DNA from: Basidiobolus meristosporus CBS 931.73
Lineage: Eukaryota; Fungi; Basidiobolomycota
DNA: 57,387 nt
Assembly: GCA_002104905.1 (NCBI GenBank)
Contig: MCFE01000565.1
Coordinates: 1 to 57,387, forward strand
Direction: 5' to 3'
Below, piece by piece: positions 1 through 13,297 of the stretch (its first letter is position 1; each line of letters opens with the position of its first letter). The notes under the pieces were generated by a model. That model was not told the origin of the DNA and did not search any database. It worked only from the letters and a program-made list of their open reading frames with translations. The position numbers and the translations under genes are program-made.

Positions 1-54
1 AAAATCATACCGGGATGCAACTTACCATGTACATGGTACAAGTGGACAACGGTC

Positions 55-2124
55 ATGCTGCTGGCAACATATGATCCAGAGACTGTCCTGATTCCAGCAT
101 GTGTTAACAGTTGTATGGCATTCACATCCAAAAATGCTACCATTGCAACATGTCCAAATTGTCAGGAATCCACCACCATTGAGGGAAAACATTGTTCACA
201 CTCCAGATATATTCCGGTCATACCCTATCTGAGAAAGCTGATGCAGTCCAACAAATATTGCAAAGCTACAGAGTATTGCACCCAGTATCAATCAAGCGCA
301 AACATATCCAATATATTTGATGGCAAACACTACAAACAGCTAAGAAGCAAGGGCTACTTTGAAGGTATATATGACCATGCCTTTGCTTTAGCACTTTATG
401 GATTCTCATTAAACAAGTACTCTACTAGCAAATCCTGCTGGCAACTGATTCTCATCAATCTGAGTCTGCCACCCATCTTACAATATCAGAGCAATAATCT
501 GATGGTAGTCTCACTGGTATCTGGGCCTAAATCACCTTCCAACCTGGATAGCTACCTGTATCCATTGCTGAATGAGTTTTGGATGCTTTCCAGCGGGATA
601 ACAATAAATGGCTGTCATGTAAAAGCACATATTATTATCTGCATTGGTGATACCCCAGCCATCAGCAAGATAGCAGGTTTTTCTGGGCACAATGGACGGT
701 ATTGCTGTTGAATGTGTGAGATCCAGGGGATTTACTCCATAACTCACACATATTATTATTACCCAAACACCAGCACTAAGAACATCATCTTTCCACAGAG
801 AGAACGTACAGAAGTAAGCATGCAATTGCAGCAAAGTTGGCAAGCTATAAGCCATTGGCTGGAATATGGAATCAATCAGAAACTGGAGATACTTAAGATA
901 GAGGGTATCTGTTAGAGCAAAAGCTTTCCACTGGGAGCAATGCATTTTCTTTTCAACAATATCCCTATACTGATGACCAAGTTGTACATGGGGAATCTCA
1001 AGCTAAATGAGCCCTTTGAGATACCGGAGAAATTTGAAAAAACTGGCAAGATATTACAGAGTATCTGCTACCCTAAGTACTTCTCATGGGCTCCAATTAA
1101 TATTCATATGCATATGTGACAATACAAATGCAAAGGCTTGATGAACTGGATATGTATTTATTCAAGTGGTGTTCTGAAGCCATTCCCACCAAGAGTACAT
1201 TGGAAGCATTGGGAGTCATATGTGGACATTGTAGGAATATTTATCCAGAAGCGGATCATTAATGCCAACTTGACGCATCTACAGCTGTTGTGTGAGGAGT
1301 TTGTGACGGGATCTGAGCGGTTATACTACAAACATAAAGCTGAATGCATAGATTTCTACCGCTGCTGTATCCATTCTCTACTGCATCTTGCATGGTGTGT
1401 GGAGAATATTGGGCCTTGCTTTACCTTTTGGGAGTTTCCTATGGAGCAGATGTGTGGGGAGATAGGAAGGCAAGTCAAGTTGCACGGACTACCATATCCC
1501 AATCTCATCAAGAATATTACCTTCTAGTCCATCATGTATGTGATGAGTTGCACACGGAGGATAGCCAGAAAGAGTTGGAAAATACTGAGGACAAATGTGC
1601 ACATGGAGACACCTATGCCTATGGCATTAAGAAGCTAAGCAGCTCCAATGCATGGGTAATCAGTTAAGTAATGCAAAGTTGGGTTGGGTGCAACAAGCAA
1701 CTAATTTTTATCAGGAAAGCTCTACCAAGATATGCCGGATTTCTTGTGGTCACAAGCAAACTTTGACACCATTCATTATGGAATTCACACAAACAAAAGC
1801 CAGAGCACACCTATAAGGGGGACTAGAATCCAGCAGGGAGAAGGAATATATTGGCTAAATACCAAGAAGTTCTTTCCCAATATTCAGGAGGTATTCATGG
1901 CAGAAGTGGCAACAACCAAGCATATGTTTGCAAGATGTATATGCTACCAGCAGTACAAGGTATATGGCAACTTTGCAAGTATCACACTAAAAAGCCGTAA
2001 AGTTGAGGTGATAGAAGTATGTCAATTGCAGCAGGTGTGCACATTTGTAGAGGTTAGTAAGCAGGAGGCCATAGTTTTTTTTGATTCAAACTATATGTGG
2101 AATACCCAAGGTAGTAGTGGGTAA
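55..2124 (+). mobile_element. Degenerate CACTA/En-Spm-like (Transposase_21/tnp2-type) transposase, broken by stops and frameshifts
   Basis: Consecutive + ORF pieces (55-711, 712-915, 1138-1527, 1732-2124). They carry motifs typical of this family: SNIFDGKHY, CWQLILINLSLPP, GPKSPSNLDSYLYPLLNE, GDTPAISKIAGFSGHNGRYCC*MC, IHSLLHLAWCVENIGPCFTFWEFPMEQMCG. No TIRs identified. Confidence 0.75.
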
Positions 2125-3375
2125 GCAAATAAAGAAAGGTGATTCTACAGTGGAATATATGAATTGCACAAGGGGGGTAGAAAAAGGAAATACCATTTGG
2201 TAAATTGGTACAGTAGCATTATACAGAACCAGTGGCAGGCTGTCATACTGCCAAAAAAAGTCATCAGAGTCTCACTGTGAGGCCGTCAAAATACTGTCAA
2301 GTTTCTTGCCATATAAGGCAATTGGAAGTCCTGGCCCACTGGATCCACTTAAAATAGTAATAGAGCGCTGAAACACTGCAACAATACCATGCAAATATTG
2401 CCACAGCACCAATCAAATATCATCAAGTTTTATCCCTTTATTTGGCTGTAAAATTTGCAAAACACTATCATGATCTTGTTATAAGATTGTCAGGAGGGTC
2501 ACCAATTCCAAGCTGCTATTATTATGAAGGTCTCTAAACAGGATCTTGACAAATGATCCAGATTGGATCCACCTGTGGGACCAAATTATTTTTCATAGGG
2601 AAAAACCATAGGATAAATTTTGATCATAGATCATAGATTGTGCAATCTCATTTATTGATCTGTTTGCATAATCTGCTACTGCATTTTACTGTGGGGAGTA
2701 TGGTACAGAATACTCTTACATTATCCCATGAATTTTGTAGAAGTGGATGAAGAGTTTTGAGGTATATTCTTGACTGTTGTCGGAGCAAATTTTCTTACTT
2801 TTTTGCTGGTTTCTCTCTCACCATGGCTTCAAACTCCCTGAACTTAGCCTGAGCTTCTTCCTTTCTCTCCATGAAGTAGACCCACATGTATTGCGTATAA
2901 TCACCAATAAAGGTGAATAAATACTTCATGCTGACTAAGGATAAATTTTGCATAGGTCCACACAGATATGAGTGAATTAGATCTAGTTTTTTCTTGGTTT
3001 TGACTAACCCAGAGCTCTTGAATGGTTGTCTGGCTTGTTTCCCATATATGCAGGCTTCACAGTGCTCCAAATTAGCTGATCTTTGATCAGTCAACTTAAA
3101 CAAATTCTGATCTCTGATATCTGAAGTAATATGAGCACCATTTTGATCAGTTATCCTGTATCCAGAATTGTCAAGCTGAAGCTGAGTCCTTCCGCTGTGG
3201 CCTTGCTTACAGATAGTAGGTTTTGGCTATTTCTGGTACAGAAAGTACTTATATAAAGGTCAGTGCAAGGCTTCCTTCACTGCTTCTAAGGTTTACTTGG
3301 ATATTTCTGTCTCCCACTGCATCAAGTGTTCTATTTTTACCCATGAAAGCCATCTTAATTGGAGTTTCTTGATAT

Positions 3376-3724
3376 TGTTGTAAGAGTCTTAGAGATATTG
3401 GAAGTGATTGGGAGAACAAGTAGATTATGTGGTTTTCACTTAATGATTTATTGAATGTAAAAGTAGTATTTATACTTTTACCTGGTCTTAGCATTACAAA
3501 TATGTAGAGTAGGTTAAGGAAGGTCCCAAGAACACGTGTGCAAAGTTTGGGGCTGTTTGGACAACTTTGAGAATTTTCATGTTCTGGGTACCTGGTATTT
3601 TGGTGAAAATATTCTAAGTAAATCCCGACAAGGAATTTGGTCAGTATTCTCTAGGATTTGAGGGTAATGATCTAAGTGACTAAGTTAGGTGAATATTTAG
3701 GTGGAAATACAAATATTTACAGCA
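3376..3724 (-). repeat. Copia solo LTR nested in the protease region of an older copy of the same family
   Basis: TG...CA LTR nearly identical to 46043-46392, flanked by a 5-bp TSD GATAT (3371-3375 and 3725-3729). The intact element reads ...cttgatattggg... at this site. Confidence 0.92.
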
Positions 3725-4649
3725 GATATTGGGAAAAAAGTTCTTTTTGGTTTGTTAAGTGTTGGGATGCTCCAGAGTCAATGTACCACATCTGAGAATC
3801 CTTGTTTGTGGTCATATTTAGTGCAGATATGAATAGTCTATCTTCATTTGTTGCAGCAGTCCCAAATTCCAGCTTTTTCTACTGACTATCTCTCTTTTTC
3901 AAGCACCAGTCTGATGTGTGTCCATTCCTTTTGCAGCAGTTGCAAAACAGGTTGCTATTGCCTTTAAAAGGTCTTGAGTATCTTCTTTATTGGTTATTAT
4001 TGCTTATTAAATCATTTCTTCTTCCTTCTTGTTGACACTTGATTTTCTTATTTCTTTATCCAGAAGCCTTCCATATACTTGATTTAAGGTCAAATCTTCA
4101 GTTCTGGACTCTAGGGTCAATACAAGGCCCTGAAACCTGTCTGTCAGGCTACTCAAGATGGTTACTACCACATCCTCATCAGTAGTTGGTATGTCCACAG
4201 ATTCCATCTCATCCACCAGCAGGGTAATTCTGTTAATTAGATTTTTCATTTCTTTGCCTGGCCGCAACTTTGTAGTAAAGAATTTTTGTCTCAGATACAT
4301 TTTCTTAGCAGCTGAGCATGACTGGTAGATGTCTTCTAATGCCTTCTAGGCATTCTTTGCTGCTTTTGCTCTTGAGCATTGAATTAGCAACTTGTCATTG
4401 ACATTAAAGCAAATGCAGTTAAAAGCACTTTGTTCTTTCTTCTGGTACTTTAAGGCTTCCTCTCCCATGTTTTTAGGAGGGCACTCTTCTTCCATGACAA
4501 TATCCCAAAGGCCTCTTTCTTGTAGCAGCATCTTCATCTTCACCTTACACACTTGGTAGTTAGATCCATCCAACTTTTCAGCAGAGGGAAGAGTTACAGG
4601 AATAGCAGTAGTAGACATTGCAGATAGAGACAGCTTGAGGCTCACAACT

Positions 4650-4988
4650 TGTTGTAAGAGTCTTAGAGATATTGGAAGAACAAGTAGGTTGTGTGGTTTT
4701 CACTTAATGATTTATTGAATGTGAAAGTAGTATTTATACTTTTACTTGGTCTTGGCATTGCAAACACATAGAGTAGGTTAAGAAAGGTCCCAGGCACATG
4801 TGTGCAAAGTTTGGGGCTGTTTGAACAACTTTGAGAATTTTCATGTTCTGTGTACCTGGTATTTTGGTGAAAATATTTTAAGTAAATCCCAACAAGGATT
4901 TTGGTCAGTATTCTATAGGATTTGAAGGTAATGATCTAAGTGACCAAGTTAGGTGAATATTTAGGTGGAATTACAAATTTTTACAACA
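4650..4988 (-). repeat. Copia 5' LTR of the degenerate copy
   Basis: tgttgtaagag...ttacaaca, same family as the other LTRs, adjacent to the gag start. Confidence 0.9.
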
Positions 4989-5029
4989 GTTGCTTGCCAG
5001 TATCCACTTAAAATATTATAATCAGAGCA

Positions 5030-5365
5030 ACAGACACAAAGAACACAAATTTTTGCAAAGTTGTTTAAGCAGCCCAAGACTTGCACACTTGTTCTTGGGA
5101 CCTTCCTAAATATTTGTACAGGTTTGTTTTGTCAAGGCTATGTAGCAGTATATATACTACTTGTATATTCAATAAGTTACTGATTGAATACCATACATCT
5201 TACTTCCCACAGAATATGAGCCCCAAGCTTATTCTACATGCTTGCTTTGCCAAGACCATGTCAAAGTATAAATACCACTTTGACATTCAAGAAATGATCA
5301 AGTGAAAACTACAAAATCTACTTGTTCACCCAATCACTTCCAATATCTCCAAAACTCCTACATCA
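5030..5365 (+). repeat. Diverged copia-family LTR remnant in the opposite orientation
   Basis: Contains reverse complements of LTR blocks (cttgcacacttgttcttgggaccttcc; aatctacttgttcacccaatcacttccaatatctcc). Boundaries approximate. Confidence 0.6.
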
Positions 5366-7909
5366 CCACTGGCTTCATGATAGAGATTATTGCACTAGAT
5401 GGTGCTGTAGCATGCCAGATTAATCTAGCACCATAAATTGGCTGGCACTATGTGGCACTATTGAACAGAATAAGACTTATGTATACCACTTCTGCAGTCA
5501 GTCATTCAGCATAGTAACCATAAGTATTGTGTAGCCCTTACAGAGGTACAAGTCTCAAGTTTTGATCCAGAGAAAAGTATCAACAAGTAACCATCATGCA
5601 GCTGCTCTAATCCTTTAAATCACTCTTGATATTCCCCAAAAGCCTGCAATATCTGCTACTTGGAGAACTCAAAGCCAATTGACTTATTTAAAATATTGCA
5701 CTAAATTTGTTGATTTTGAAATTAGGCAAATGCTGAGGATTGCTGAGGGTTTTGGCTATGTCCCATGGGCCTTGGCTTTGTACACTTTAGGTACTTTCAC
5801 CAACCATTCTTACCATGACCTTCACAGTGCTCAACTGAGGGTTTAAATGATCGGATTTAATTCATCCATAGCTTAATCATTCTAGCGATGTATCTCCCAG
5901 AAATCCTGGTCATGGGCAATATTGCAGCATAATACCATTAAAATACCTAGATCCACAATGGCCCATACAAGGTGCTGGCTTTCTCATGAGTAATGACCAT
6001 CGCTATACCTTGGTTGCAAGTGGAACAAACCACTGTCAGGTCAATGTACAAACGAGGCGTTGCAATAAACCAGAGCATTCAGGAATCCCAACCTAGCCCG
6101 AAGGTTTCACATAACTCGGGGATCTTCCACCAAATGCACCTTCCATTACCATCACGAAGCTCTGTATGTGACATAGATACTGGACTCCAACTCAGCTAGC
6201 AACGCTCTCTTCCTGTATTCCCGAATCCCATCAAGGCTCCCACGCCACCTGTACTCTATCACCGGTAGATGACCTTGAATGCGCTTTGAGAAATATTGAC
6301 CACCCACCACTACCCCACCATAGTCATGCATCATCAGTGTTCATTGGGGCAGGTAACTCGCTACAACCTGAATCGCCCAAGCAATATGTAGAAAATCTGG
6401 CGGTCAAGCTATTTGCGGTAGGGAAAATTCCACATCTAGTTGATGATCTGGCCTAGAAGTAGCCGGCGAGATTGGGGAACGGTCCACCAGGAATCTGATT
6501 CGATCTCCCCCCCCCCATTCGTCCCCACATTCACACCAATGGGTTCAGATGAATCTAATCTTCGAATCCCGCGCTGGTCAGCCCTCCCAATACGCCACAA
6601 GTGTTGAATCCATTTCCCCGCACTTCACTTCGTGGCCTGAGGGTAAAACATACGGGCGTCATGGATTGTCACCCAGCAAGCATGGTGCTGGTGTTCCAGA
6701 CTCCGAGGATGGCGAACAGGAAACCTCAGCCCATCCGTTGTCTGCTTTCGTAACGATCAGTGCACCGAAGATCCCGGATCCGAATCTGGTCCTACGCCAG
6801 CTAGCGTCACCGGAGTCCAAGGTCGCTAGCCATGATGGGACAAACAAACAAAGTTTGGGAAGGTGCTGTTCGTGGGATCATTGATCAAGTCACCGACCGG
6901 ATTTGTTGACTGGCTCAAGGTGGAGAAATTCAGCGGATGGGCCGCGGCTTTCTACATCTCTCTGGTGAGGTCCAACGGAGCAGAGGATCACTTGATCTTG
7001 AGGTAGGGGCGCCCTAGGGAAATTTCCTTCCGGTGGAGAATTTTCCCTGGTCAGGCAGCAAGATGCAACATACCGCGGCCTTCCCATCATATCCCCCATA
7101 GCGGAGTAAGCATGCCTATGATGTCATGCGATGCATTTCCAACCCAGAGCATGGAGGTCAACCATTGGCCTGGGGGAAAGGCAATGCCGGATTGAGACAC
7201 AAAGATAGGTACCACTCCAACCAGGTACAGCGGCCATTTAAAATGGAGTTGGCGTAGATCAACACGCAACACGCAATACGCAACCCGTACCGGAGGGCTA
7301 TTTTGAAAGGAGAGTTGTATTTTTATTCGGACGCAGTAAAACTGGTCGAATCAACGAGGCGGGGGCCTACAAATGGCCAAGGGCAGGCGACGTTACACCG
7401 GGTGGTGATTGGGGGTGAGCTCGATGGGCCCGATTAGGCAACGGTTTAAATGGGATTCCACCGACATATGTAGTGGTGTGCATTCATGAATGGTCTCCGA
7501 ATACACGAACATGGGCCTTTGTTCGTAATTCGATAAAACCCGAGGATCTCCGCGGATTCCATTGCTTGCCAATCCCTTTATTAGCCCTTTCCAGCTTCCC
7601 ATCTCCTTATACCGGGTCCACTCTATCCCATTGTCCAGTTTTGTTAGAAGAGTGATTATTCCTTTGCCCCTCCCATTGTTGTGCTTTTGTGAGGTGTTTC
7701 TACAACCATGAAAGGTACACCCCATGGTCCCACCCGTCTACCTTCGCCCCCTTTTTAATGGCTCCCTTCCCTGTAGGCTCTCATAGGCATTCCACAAGTG
7801 TACATACAAACGTCGAGTTGGACGAATTCGGACACGACGTTAGCAGTAGGGCACATTTGATGATCCAGTGAAGGCAGGCTGGCGTTTATTAACGTGGACT
7901 TGCGTTTAG

Positions 7910-10900
7910 GTCCGTCCATAGAAAATGCCACCCAGGGGAACCACCCCCGTCGGCAGAGATCGTTGATCAGACCGGAACGCCGGCCTACGTACCGAAGATT
8001 CCCCCAACGGGAGGAACCAACCTTTGACGAGAACGCCGACCGTCGAGATATCCTTGGTAGAAGCGACAGCTACTCACTACCGAAAAAGCCCAAGAAGATC
8101 ATGCTGATGGCGGAGACGAAACAATGCCCCTCCTGCTGGATGATCTTCTCCAAAATAGCTACCATCTACGCCCCATCCCCACTGCTGGTGTGCTGTGGTA
8201 CGTAAGGACGTTGTCCCGGTCTCTCTTGTCAACCCATTCATTCTAGTTTGCTCCAGGTATGAGAACTCCAGAGATCCGGCAGGCCTGGAGAGAGAAGATG
8301 GCCCTTTGTACCATCATCTTCTTTCTCTGTATCGTGGTCGGGTTCTTGACCTTTGGGTTCCAGCAGGTGCTGTGCGGCTTCGACAATGTGGGCCGCGTGA
8401 AGCAAGGAACCATGAGCATGTCTGACGGGTCCCTGTACGGTAAGGCACTGAGGTTGGATGGATTGAACCATCCTGCGGCCGCCGGGATTCCCACCGGAGG
8501 CAGTGTTGTTCCGCTCGCTGGAGGAAGGGACATATCTTTCATGTTTCAGAATGTGAACGGTCGGTGTAAGGGGGTTCTCGGCCTCACATCCGGCGCGGAC
8601 AGTAATGGGAATGTCATCAACTACTTTCCCTGCATTGTCCGTGGCACCAACACCACCTTGGATCCCTTGGCCGACCCCGAGAAAGCGGGATGCCATTCCT
8701 CCGCACTGGCCAGAGACACCCTGAAGCGCCTCCAATTCAACGGCGATATCTATTACGACTGGAGTGATCTCAAGTCAAAGCAAAGAGCCATGGTGGTGTA
8801 CAACGGGCACGTGTTGGATTTCGATCTGGTTTCGTGGCTGGTACCTGGAATCCAAGCACCCCCCATCTTTTACCAGCTCATGGATCCCAACTCGCCGTAC
8901 CGCGGGACCGACGTCACGTACCTTCTGAATAGCTACTACAAGGCTGAGGCAGACTGCGCGATGGACATCCTGAAGGTGGGTGTGCTTGACACGACCAGCA
9001 TGGGATGCATCATCTCCAACGTGGTTCTCTACGTATCCCTCATTGTCATTCTTGGGGTGGTGTTGACCAAGTTCTTCCTCGCCGTCTTCTTCGGCTGGGT
9101 GTTAAGCTGGCGCCTTGGCTCGTTCCGTGAGGAAACGTACGAGGAGCGTATGAAGCGGCTGGAAGCGATCGAACAGTGGAGTGAAAATCCCAACAACCTG
9201 GCCATCGCCTCGACTAGATCGAATGGCACCGCGATTCCTCACAAATCGAGCACCGGCTTCCTGCCAACCACGAGTCGCTACTCCTCCCCCGCCATGATCG
9301 CCGAATACCATAGCCGAAGGAACCCCAGTCAGCCCAGCCCCCTGTCCTCCGAAAAAACCAAGATCAGCCTTAACTCAGCCTCGGCCAACTCTCTGGCCGC
9401 ACAGACCCGATCTGGCTCCACCCCACCCGATTCCCCACGCACGCTCTCCCGCCGCTCGTCACACAGCTCGGCCACCGCCATCTCCAACATCCATACACCA
9501 CCCACACCACCACCCGTTTCCTTCCAGCCGTTCAACTTCCGATTGGCCCACACCATCATGCTGGTCACTTGTTATTCTGAAGGGGCGGAGGGGATGCGCA
9601 CCACGCTTGATTCGTTGGCCATCACGGACTACCCACAGTCGCACAAGCTAATCCTGGTGATCGCGGATGGCATCATCACCGGCAGCGGGAACGACATGTC
9701 CACCCCGGACATCTGTCTGTCGATGATGAAGGACTTCGTGATCTCGCCCGAGCACGTCCAGCCCTACTCCTACGTCGCCATCGCCGATGGCTCGAAGCGG
9801 CACAACATGGCCAAGGTGTACGCGGGCTGCTACAAATACGACGACAACACGGTTCCCCTGGAGAAACAGCAACGGGTCCCGATCATCTTGATCTCGAAGT
9901 GCGGGACCCCGGAGGAGGCGAACACCCCCAAGCCGGGGAACCGGGGCAAGCGCGACAGTCAGATCATCCTGATGTCCTTCTTGCAGCACGTGATGTTCGA
10001 TGACCGGATGACCGAGATGGAGTACGAGCTGTTCAATGCCGTCTGGAGCACCACTGGCGTGAGTGCCGATCAATTCGAGATCGTCCTCATGGTCGACGCC
10101 GACACGAAGGTCTACCCAGACTCGGTGACCCGTATGGTGTCCTGCATGGTGCGGGATCCCCAGATCATGGGCCTCTGCGGGGAGACCAAGATCGCCAACA
10201 AGAAGGATAGCTGGGTGTCGATGATCCAGGTGTTCGAGTACTACATCTCGCACCACCAGAGCAAGGCGTTCGAATCGGTCTTCGGTGGAGTGACCTGTCT
10301 GCCTGGGTGCTTCTGCATGTACAGGATCAAGGCCCCCAAGGGATTCAACGGGCTGTGGGTCCCGGTCCTGGCCAGCCCCGACATCGTGGAGCATTACTCG
10401 GAGAATGTGGTGGACACGCTGCACAAGAAGAACCTCTACCTCCTCGGGGAGGATCGGTTCCTCACCACCCTGATGCTGCGAACCTTCCCCAAGCGCAAGA
10501 TGGTCTTCGTGCCCCAAGCGGTCTGCAAGACCGTGGTCCCCGATTCATTCCAGGTTCTTCTGTCCCAGCGTCGCCGCTGGATCAACTCCACCGTACACAA
10601 CCTCCTGGAGCTGGTGCTGATCCGCGATCTCTGCGGGACGTTCTGCTTCTCCATGCAGTTCGTGGTGTTCATGGAGCTGGTGGGCACCACGGTGCTGCCC
10701 GCGGCCATTTGCTTCACCATCTACCTTATAGTCATCTCATTCATCGTCACCCCGGTCCCGGTGATCCCATTGATGCTGCTGGCGATTATCCTGGGCTTGC
10801 CCGCCGTGCTCATCCTCATGACAACCCGAAAGCTGGTGTACGTGGGCTGGATGCTCATTTACCTTGTATCCCTCCCAGTGTGGAATCTTATCCTCCCGAT

Positions 10901-11231
10901 CTATGCCTTCTGGCACTTTGACGACTTCAGCTGGGGCCAAACGCGCATGGTGGCTGGCGAGGCAGTCGGGGGAGACCACAGCAGGAAGGAAGGGGAATTC
11001 GATTCGAGTCGCATCGTCATGCGCAAGTGGTCCGACTTCGAACGTGTCAAACGTCGCAAGGCCAACCACGTTCTTTCCGAAATGATGTCCTACGGCAGCT
11101 CCAACGCATCCATCGAGAAGCTTGGCTACCACACGCCCAGTCAGCTGGCTCGATTCTCTTCATTTAATGTCTCCGCCAACCAGAGCGAGGCAGATAGCGA
11201 GTTCACGTATCAGAGTCGTGGCACCAAATGA
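7910..11231 (+). CDS. CHS3: Chitin synthase, class IV (Chs3-like); 5' exon(s) and start codon not resolved
   Basis: PRRQRSLIRPER and WMIFSKIATIYAP exon joined by a GT-AG intron (8198-8256) to the 990-aa ORF. The ORF has MVDADT, CLPGCF, LGEDRFLT, SQRRRWINS and FWHFDDFSWG motifs. Confidence 0.93.
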
Positions 11232-11358
11232 ATATGAATAGTTTTGTTTGTATAGAGCAGGTAGTAATAAAGTGAATTAATTTAGATGACACGCATCACT
11301 TTATTGCAGTGGCTATCTTTATCCACCCCGGTGATGTGTACAATAGCTCTATCTACAG

Positions 11359-12394
11359 TCAACTGGCCTCGGGTTTATCCGGCATCGACACGACCCCGGT
11401 ACGCTTCTTCAACTCCATTTTGCGTAGCTGCTCTTCAACACAGCGCGCCAACGATGAATCCTTCCCCCTTCCGACGCGTTTGAAGAGTGGCTTCGCGGGG
11501 GCTTCGTCGGATCTCTGCTCGGTTTGTGGGGATGGGTGGGCGGTAGGACTGGTGGTTGTGCTTGGGGTGAGGCCCACTAGGATGTATGTTAGAGAGATCC
11601 CGCATGTCTTAAGGGTGGCATCCAAATTACCATTTTCTTCAGTAGCTCCGGATCCATCCTCTCGTCGAGTGGAAAGTCTTCCTGCAGTTGTCTCAAGTGG
11701 GTCTCCAAGGCTTCCAACCGTTCGTATACATTGAATGGGATATGAGATACTAGAGGATGGAAATATTAAGTCCGCAAAGAATCCCGGCCTCTGCAGCGGT
11801 CGATCTTGAACTTACCTGGCTTGATGTTGAAGTGCTCTTCGATGGCTCTTAATCTCTCTTCAACACCAGTAGACAAAGTGACCATGTCGGTTTTCTTGAT
11901 CTTGCGGGCGGATTCGTTCGTAGCATGTTGCATGGAACGCATCAGTGGCCCCCAGTCGTTATTGACCACGTCGATCTTCATTTGTAAAGAACGATTCAGT
12001 TTCACCGCATCAGTTCTAGCACAGGTGTCTGCGCCTGGTTACCAACAGAACACAAGCTGAATGAGTAAACAAACAACCAAGTCTCTCTAAGTCAGCGCTT
12101 CGTTACCCTGGGTGCTGGGATATTGCTTTAAAAACTCGATCCGGTTACTCTCGTCAATCTCTCGCCGCTTAACATGAATGAAGTTGTGCAACCTTTGGTC
12201 GATCTGTGGACTAGTTTAGTATGCTATCGTGAAAACCAGCTTTCCTCGAGGAACTGTACTTCTTGCTTGCCCCCACGAATCTGAATGGAATCCGGCTCGA
12301 GAACGGCCTCCGGTGCTGTTAAAGCGACAAGGTGAGACGTCTACTCAATAAAGCGAGCCTTTCCCAAGGCAAGCAACTTACTTCCAACCGACAT
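11359..12394 (-). CDS. MBIP-like protein (MAP3K12-binding inhibitory protein / ATAC subunit homolog), about 6 exons
   Basis: Manual splicing over GT-AG introns gives EIDQRLHNFIHVKRREIDESNRIEF, TCARTDAV, VVNNDWGP, GVEERLRAIEEHF and IPFNVYERLEALETHL. These are collinear with recalled MBIP motifs (EIDRRISAFI, SCARTDA, VVNTYGP, AVEERLQNIEAHL, VPRDIYQRIKKLE). Confidence 0.75.
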
Positions 12395-12664
12395 GGTAGG
12401 TGGAGAAAAGGGATCCATGGTGGGGGCACGATAGGTGATGGTTTGAAAAAAGCGACCGAGACCAATCAAAATGGAATTTATAGAATCGATGGCTTCAACA
12501 ACAATGTGACTGGCCAATTTCACATATTTTATGTGTGGATTGCAATGGAAAATATAGCTACAACGAAAGTAGAAAATTCGGAAGGGAAGCAACGAATGAG
12601 CCATTGGTTGCTCAGCCCTCCTCACGAACAATGTTGGATGTGGGGGGAGGGGAAATGGGTCGTT

Positions 12665-13297
12665 CTAGAAGTCGTGGGACTGTGGCGGGTAGGTAGCACT
12701 GGTGTAGTAAGGTGCGGGGTACTGCTGTTGCGGATGAATGTGGTGCTGCTGCTGAAGATCCTGCGGCTGCTGGAATAGGACACCGGATGCCTCGCCCCCT
12801 TCCTCATCCTTGTAATTCCCGCTGCCTTTGTCCACCTTGATGGTCTATTTCAATTGGATGGTCATTCGCTGGCTGTCTAAAAGCTGGTCTGATAAAGGAT
12901 GGGTACCTCTCTGTATTTACTCAGATAGACTTTGAGAACCTCAGCATAATTCTCGAAGCCTAACGACTGCATGGCCCACAGTATATCCTCCCCGTTGATG
13001 GTCTTCCGTTTTTCTTGAATACAACGATCACTAGCTGTTAGTGCGGGTTAAGGTAATGGAAGCAGACGGTGGTGGTGGTGGTGGTGCTAACTACACTTCG
13101 ACAAAAGGATATTCGCTGGTGATGAAAGAAATGAATTCCGAGACGCACTCCTGAATGGTCTCCTTCGCCTCCTTGGCAATCTTGGCATTGTCGGGAAGAC
13201 TTCGCTTCATTATGCGGGCTACGTTGGCGATAGGTAGCAGACGATCTTGCTCGCGAATGTCGTCGTGGTCGTCCATACCTTGCTGGGATTCCCCCAT
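12665..13297 (-). CDS. HAP3: NF-YB/HAP3 CCAAT-binding histone-fold subunit, 3 exons, Q/H-rich tail
   Basis: [17 protein letters not shown]...[18 protein letters not shown]|[43 protein letters not shown]. Confidence 0.95.
13037..13112 (-). other. U12-type AT-AC intron (76 bp) in NF-YB
   Basis: 5' end ATATCCTTTT, branch-like CCTTAAC about 10 nt from the 3' AC. Removal restores the conserved ITSEASDRC. Confidence 0.88.

Larger units (their letters stand above)
2600..4988 (-). mobile_element. Degenerate Ty1/copia element (5' LTR, gag, protease, part of integrase), same family as 46043-50729
   Basis: ORF pieces 4346-4645, 4007-4300 and 2795-3103 align by eye to the gag and integrase of the intact copy. 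LTR at 4650-4988 with a decayed PBS (AGTTGTGAGCC). Left boundary is approximate. Confidence 0.9.

Noticed and set aside
2270-5835. CACTA-type terminal inverted repeat for the left transposase (cactg/cacagtg words)
   Set aside because: Only short isolated matches; the partner end would lie outside the window and no TSD could be checked.
9648-10921. Long alternative-frame and antisense ORFs in the chitin synthase (289 aa, 204 aa)
   Set aside because: Shadow ORFs expected from GC3-rich codon usage; no recognisable motifs.
11359-13297. Functional linkage of the MBIP-like gene with the adjacent histone-fold gene
   Set aside because: The neighbour is NF-YB, not the ATAC histone-fold subunit NC2-beta; adjacency alone is not evidence.
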